In this document: positions 59,251-64,000 of the stretch, piece by piece
How the letters are laid out: each line of letters begins with the position of its first letter
Position numbering within the stretch: the stretch's first letter is position 1
NCBI RefSeq assembly: GCF_018350175.1
Contig: NC_058368.1
Span: 193,008,001 to 193,072,000 of the forward strand
Direction: 5' to 3'
Length of the DNA: 64,000 nt
Origin: Felis catus
Lineage: Eukaryota
Position numbers and translations under genes: made by a program
The notes under the pieces: model-generated
The model's database searches: none
What the model saw: the letters and a program-made list of their open reading frames with translations, nothing else
Told to the model about the DNA's origin: nothing

Positions 59251-61329
59251 TTGTTGCCTCAAGCCCAGTTGCTGTGCCTGAACCTGGATCCTCTGAGTAG
59301 GGTATTCCTTGAGCGAGGTTTAGGAAATGGCCACACTGCCAACCACCCATCCGTACTCTTGTACAATGGCAGTTTACAGTTTTTACTTCCCAGTCTAGAA
59401 ACCTAGCTAAGGATTTTCTTTCAAGAAGAAGGATATAGATACGGGGGACAGAGCAGTGACTCTTTTTATGTGCATATCCTGATTTTGACCAGTTTTAGAT
59501 TAGACCTTCCAAAAGGCAGATGTGACTATTTGCCTCTTTTTTCTTACTTTTCCCTTTCATCAGCTTCCCCCACCCACCCAAATGTTTTTTAATGGATTTA
59601 GGGGACCATCGGTGAAACAGTGATGAAAGGACCAATTAATTCTGAGTAACAATTGCCTCTCACCTGAAATATAATGGAAAGAATGAAAGTTCATTGATTG
59701 AGTACAGACAGAAAAATAAGAGCATAAAAATTCATTGGCAGGTGAAAAGGTAAATTCAGGGGATACTTTGGAACCTATTGGATTATGGGGATGATTATTG
59801 GATGGTGTGTGCTTCATTATTCTGTGATGATACGTAGTCTCTTGGTGCTATTTCTTTTAAGTTTTTTTGTGTCTAAGGTTCACTGCTGTGTCTTTATATG
59901 TGCTATGCTCCCTCCTTCCCAATTCACTGAACACCAATGTGTAGTTATTACTGGGGTAAAGTGCTTCTTTTCCTAGTATTGGGATCTTTAAAGTCTAGGA
60001 TTAAAAGAGACTTCATTAATTTGGTCCAAAAGAAATGAAACATCTACCAACCAATTCTTGTTTTTTCTTTATATAATACCTTGCAGATGTGTTAACGATA
60101 AGTTATATTTACCTTACTTGCTGTTGATAGTTTTTGGTTTTTTTTTAAGGCAGAGATAACCTAGATTGACGGGCCTCTGAAGTCTGAAACTGTAATCATA
60201 TGGCTGGCATTCACAGGAGTCTGAAGTCAGTGTTGATGCACAAATGTGGATTTTCTAGTCCTACAGTCAGGGAACAAGTCTTGTCTGTCCTACCCCGAAT
60301 GAGGACCCTCTCCTTTGTACTTGTTTTTAATCTAAATTTCGATTTGAAAGAGAGATGTTTTATAAGTAGTTGCTATTGATGTCCTCATTTGAGAGAGATA
60401 GACATCTTTTGTATTTTTAGATGTAGTCTGAATTTTAAAGGTGGGACTATTCCTCAGGTTGGAAAAACCCAGATCAAAATCGTGGGTAAAATTATACCCA
60501 CAGGGGGCACTCAGCATGGTATTTCACAAATGTCAAAGATTGAAATCTCTTACTATGTCTTACCGATATAACACGATGTTCATTTTCATAAAAGACTTAA
60601 AATGAAGTGTTTGAGAAACAAAGTTCTAAAAACAACAAACCTTAATGTGTCATCAGGGTGTGTGGCTAATGTGAGAATTTTGAAAACCTGCCCAGTAATA
60701 TCATTTTGCACCTAACACTCCGTGAGTACCGTGCACTCATTTCCCCGTTTTACTTGCAGCCCATCCTTGATTGTTATTATGTCATCTGGCCAAACCCCAA
60801 AGTCCCTTCATGTCTGTCGCTTCCCCGATCAGCTCTTTAGGAAGTATTTTTTTAACAATTGAAGTATTCTCTGAACTCATCGGTCTTGGAAGCTTACACT
60901 GGTACCACTGTTGGAGCAAAATCCCTGCCTTTTAGCTGCGGAGCTCTTCAGGAAAGGAAGTGGGGCCATTGCTCTGTTGTAATGAATTCTGGCTGAGTTG
61001 GGTGGACTTACCTCAAATCTAGTTGTAATTGTTGGGTCTTCAGCTTTGCAGATGTTTGCCAGATGCATCCATCGAAACTCTCAAATTGCTCCTTTTGGTG
61101 GCTCGTGTTTTAAGGGGCCAGTTTCTGCCATTTACATAACTACAGAATGATCTATTGTTCCTCAACTACGAGTACTTAGAAAGAGGAAACCAATGTGTGG
61201 AGCAGCTTGAGTACCAGACACCATGGAATATACTTTTGCTTGTAATTCTCACAACTGCTATGCCCGGGGTAGGCCACTGGCACCCTAGTTTATGGGCCTG
61301 CGGGATGGTGTAGAAGTTAGGAGCAAGAC

Positions 61330-61920
61330 AGACTCCATCAAACATGGACCTCAGCTCCCTCATGTTCCCGCCTGTGGTCATGAACAGGTGACTTTAATCC
61401 CTTAAATTGCAGTTCTGTCATCTGTAGTCGATCTCAAACAGCACTTGTATTCTAAAGTCGCTGACAGGATTAAATAAATGATCTGGATACAGTGCTTCGG
61501 AAAGTGCCTGCCACATGGCAATACCAGCCGAATGCACATTAGCAGGACCCTGTTCTGAACGTTTTACTTGTACTAATCGAATCCGCACAACAGCTCCACG
61601 AGCTAGGCACTGCTGGCATGCCCATTTATGGATGAAAAGGCCGAGGCACAGAGGTTAACTAACTTACCTGCGATCACATAGTCAACAAGTGGTAGAGTCA
61701 GGCGTCAAACCCCGGGCAGCTTGGCCCCAGAGTTCCGTTTTCAACTGGGGTGCCACACAGCCACCGTGACCTGCCAGCACAGAAAACCTTTAACGGCGAT
61801 TTAGCTGCTTCACTATAATGGTTAGGAAACAGACTCAGAGGGTTAAGTGACCTGCTCAGGATGTGGCAACTACGAATGACAGCGCCTGCAGGGTGAGCCC
61901 AGGTTGTTTGGCTCCCAAAC
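61330..61920. mobile_element. Cluster of MIR relics (others at about 600-740, 14975-15165, 18820-19030, 38800-39020, 44985-45145, 50910-51100, 63540-63740)
   Basis: MIR core motifs such as GAGGCACAGAGGTTAACTAACTT and GGTTAAGTGACCTGCTCAGG. Confidence 0.6.
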
Positions 61921-62482
61921 TCAGGTTTGTTCTATTTTATTTTTTTAAGGGGAAAGGCTTGGAGGTGCCTGTCTAGTGAGAAACACCTGGGGTGGGCATC
62001 TGGGCACGTTATCTAATGCCCACCAGGAGTTGGCACGGAAAGGATAGTGTGCTGACAAGTCATGTTTGCCACAGCAAGAACAGAGATCGCCATGAAGTCA
62101 GAGCATCTGTATCAATTAGTGATCAAAAAAGGAGAGAGGAGTATACGGATGGTCATGGCAGCCTGATTTTGTCACAGCCCCAAACTGGGAACTGTGCAGA
62201 TCTCCTTCAGTGGGTGGATGCTTAAATGGTGGTACGTCCATACCACAGATAACTACTCAATAATTAAAAGGAATAAACTATTGATGCATGCAAGAACTTG
62301 GGTGAATCTTGAGGGAATTATGCTGAGTAAAAATAATCCCCAAAGGTTACATTCTGTATGTTCCATGTATATAACATTGAAATAAATTTGTAGAAATGGA
62401 GACCCAATTAATAATTGCTGTGAAGTTAGGAATGGAGATGAGGGAGGAGATAGGTAGGTGTGGCTTTAAAAGGGCAACAGAA

Positions 62483-62729
62483 TCATATGGCTTCACTCAT
62501 ATGAGGACTTTAAGAGACAAAACAGATGAACATAAGGGAAGGGAAACAAAAATAATATAAAAACAGGGAGGGGGACAAAACAGACTCAAATATGGAGAAC
62601 AAACTGAGGGTTACTGGAGGGGTGGTGGGAGGGGGGATGGGCTAAATGGGTAAGGGGCACTAAGGAATCTACTCCGGAAATCATTGTTGCACTATATGCT
62701 AATTTGGATATAAAATTAAAAATAAAAAT
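62483..62729 (+). mobile_element. Short carnivore L1 3' end nested in an older L1M end (about 62150-63026)
   Basis: Reverse complement of part of the 48.7-kb L1; TSD AAAAGGG(C/T)AACAGAA at 62468-62482 and 62730-62744. Confidence 0.9.
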
Positions 62730-64000
62730 AAAAGGGTAACAGAAGGGATCCTTGTGGTGATGGAGTACCTTGACTGTGGTGGACACAGACCTACTTGTGA
62801 TGAAGTATACAGAATTAAGCACACACGAATACAAGGAAAACAGGAGTCTGAGTGAGATAGGTGGATTGTATCATTGTCAATATTTTGGTTGTAAAATTTA
62901 GTTTTGCAAGATGTTACCATTGGGGGAAATTGGGTGGATGATCCACAGGATCTGTCATAATTGCATATACATCTACAATGATCTCAGTAGCTATTTCAAT
63001 TAAAAAAAAAAAAAAAAAAAAAAAAAGGAGGGAGAGGGCTTTGGGTCCAGGGAGCTGAAGAGTGAAAAAAGTCTGGATTTAACAAAGCTCTAGGGCACCT
63101 CTCTCTCACGTGAACATCCGTATCACAGGCACTCCACTCAAAGCAGGGATGCTGGCAGATGGGGTTCTGTCAGGCTCCTCTCAATAGGCAGGCACTTTGG
63201 TAGCAGGTGTCAGCATGTATTGAAGTCCAAAGTGGGAGAGAGAACTAAGATCCAACATGAGAGAAAATAGACAATAGCAACAATCACAAATAAATGCTGC
63301 TGAGTTTTTCTTCTGCGTTTTGTAATTCTTCGGGATCAGAGGAGACCTTTGGGGTGGTTCTTGGTTTTCATACGATCAGGGTTTGCATGGCTTAAAACGG
63401 GGGCTGCTCAAATGGAATTGGGATGGGGGAACATTGCCACCTAGTGTTGGTGGGCCCCTCAATCGTCAGTGGCCATTTAAAATCCACTTCGTTTGTGATC
63501 CTTCCTCTGCTTTCCCCTGCAAAGGCAGAACAGCAAAGCATTTTAAGAGCCAGGGCGAGGCTCTGGAGTCAGCCAACCTCTGTTCAAATCCCCTCACCGC
63601 CTCTTCCTGGATGGTGGAAGTGACCTGCAGAGCTGGCCAACCTCTCTGCACCTCGCTTTCACGATGTGTAAAACGGGGCTGGCACCTGCCTCACGGAGTT
63701 GGGTCAGGTAATGTCCTCATGTGGTTGGCACAGAGCCTGGCCACAGCTATCACTCCATACACGTCAGTTCTGAGGATTATGACTCTAAGATGTCAGAGGA
63801 TATTATGAGACTCCAAAAGCTTCCTGACACTCTGCAAGCCAGATTTGTTTCTGTCTTCATGGCGAGACTCTGGGGCCTCTCATAGGCTGAGAGCAGAAAA
63901 ACTGGGCTTTTTGCCTTAGTCCTTTGGCGTCTCTTTTTGAGTCTCTGTTTCCTCACCCACAAAATGGGAGTAAGTAATTACATCCGCCTCTGTTTGCCTC

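Noticed and set aside
63383..63808. 141-aa ORF
   Set aside because: Overlaps a MIR relic; no recognisable domain or splice-supported structure.

Overview
Eukaryotic (mammalian) genomic DNA, almost certainly felid given the abundant tRNA-derived carnivore SINEs of SINEC_Fc type. It holds two complete head-to-head protein-coding genes that share a very compact CpG-island promoter at about 25.9-26.7 kb. MFAP3 is on the minus strand: a non-coding exon 1, two coding exons that join into a 362-aa Ig-domain transmembrane protein, and a probable ~3.4-kb 3' UTR. FAM114A2 is on the plus strand: a non-coding exon 1 and 13 coding exons that splice in frame to 501 aa. I checked exon boundaries by hand for GT-AG sites and phase. 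The remainder is intronic or intergenic, dominated by SINEC, L1, L2, MIR, MLT and DNA-transposon relics. Nearly all short ORFs in the track are chance ORFs or repeat shadows. I found no convincing novel biological system. The most interesting observations are regulatory or evolutionary: a 134-bp dual first-exon core with inverted ETS sites, a 2-codon uORF next to the FAM114A2 ATG, a frameshift-derived difference in the C-terminal tail, young SINEs and inverted SINE pairs around exon 2, a CpG-rich MFAP3 coding exon, a ~120-bp local duplication and a microsatellite in the terminal acceptor. Ortholog comparisons and repeat family names are from memory, not searches, and boundaries of old repeats are approximate.
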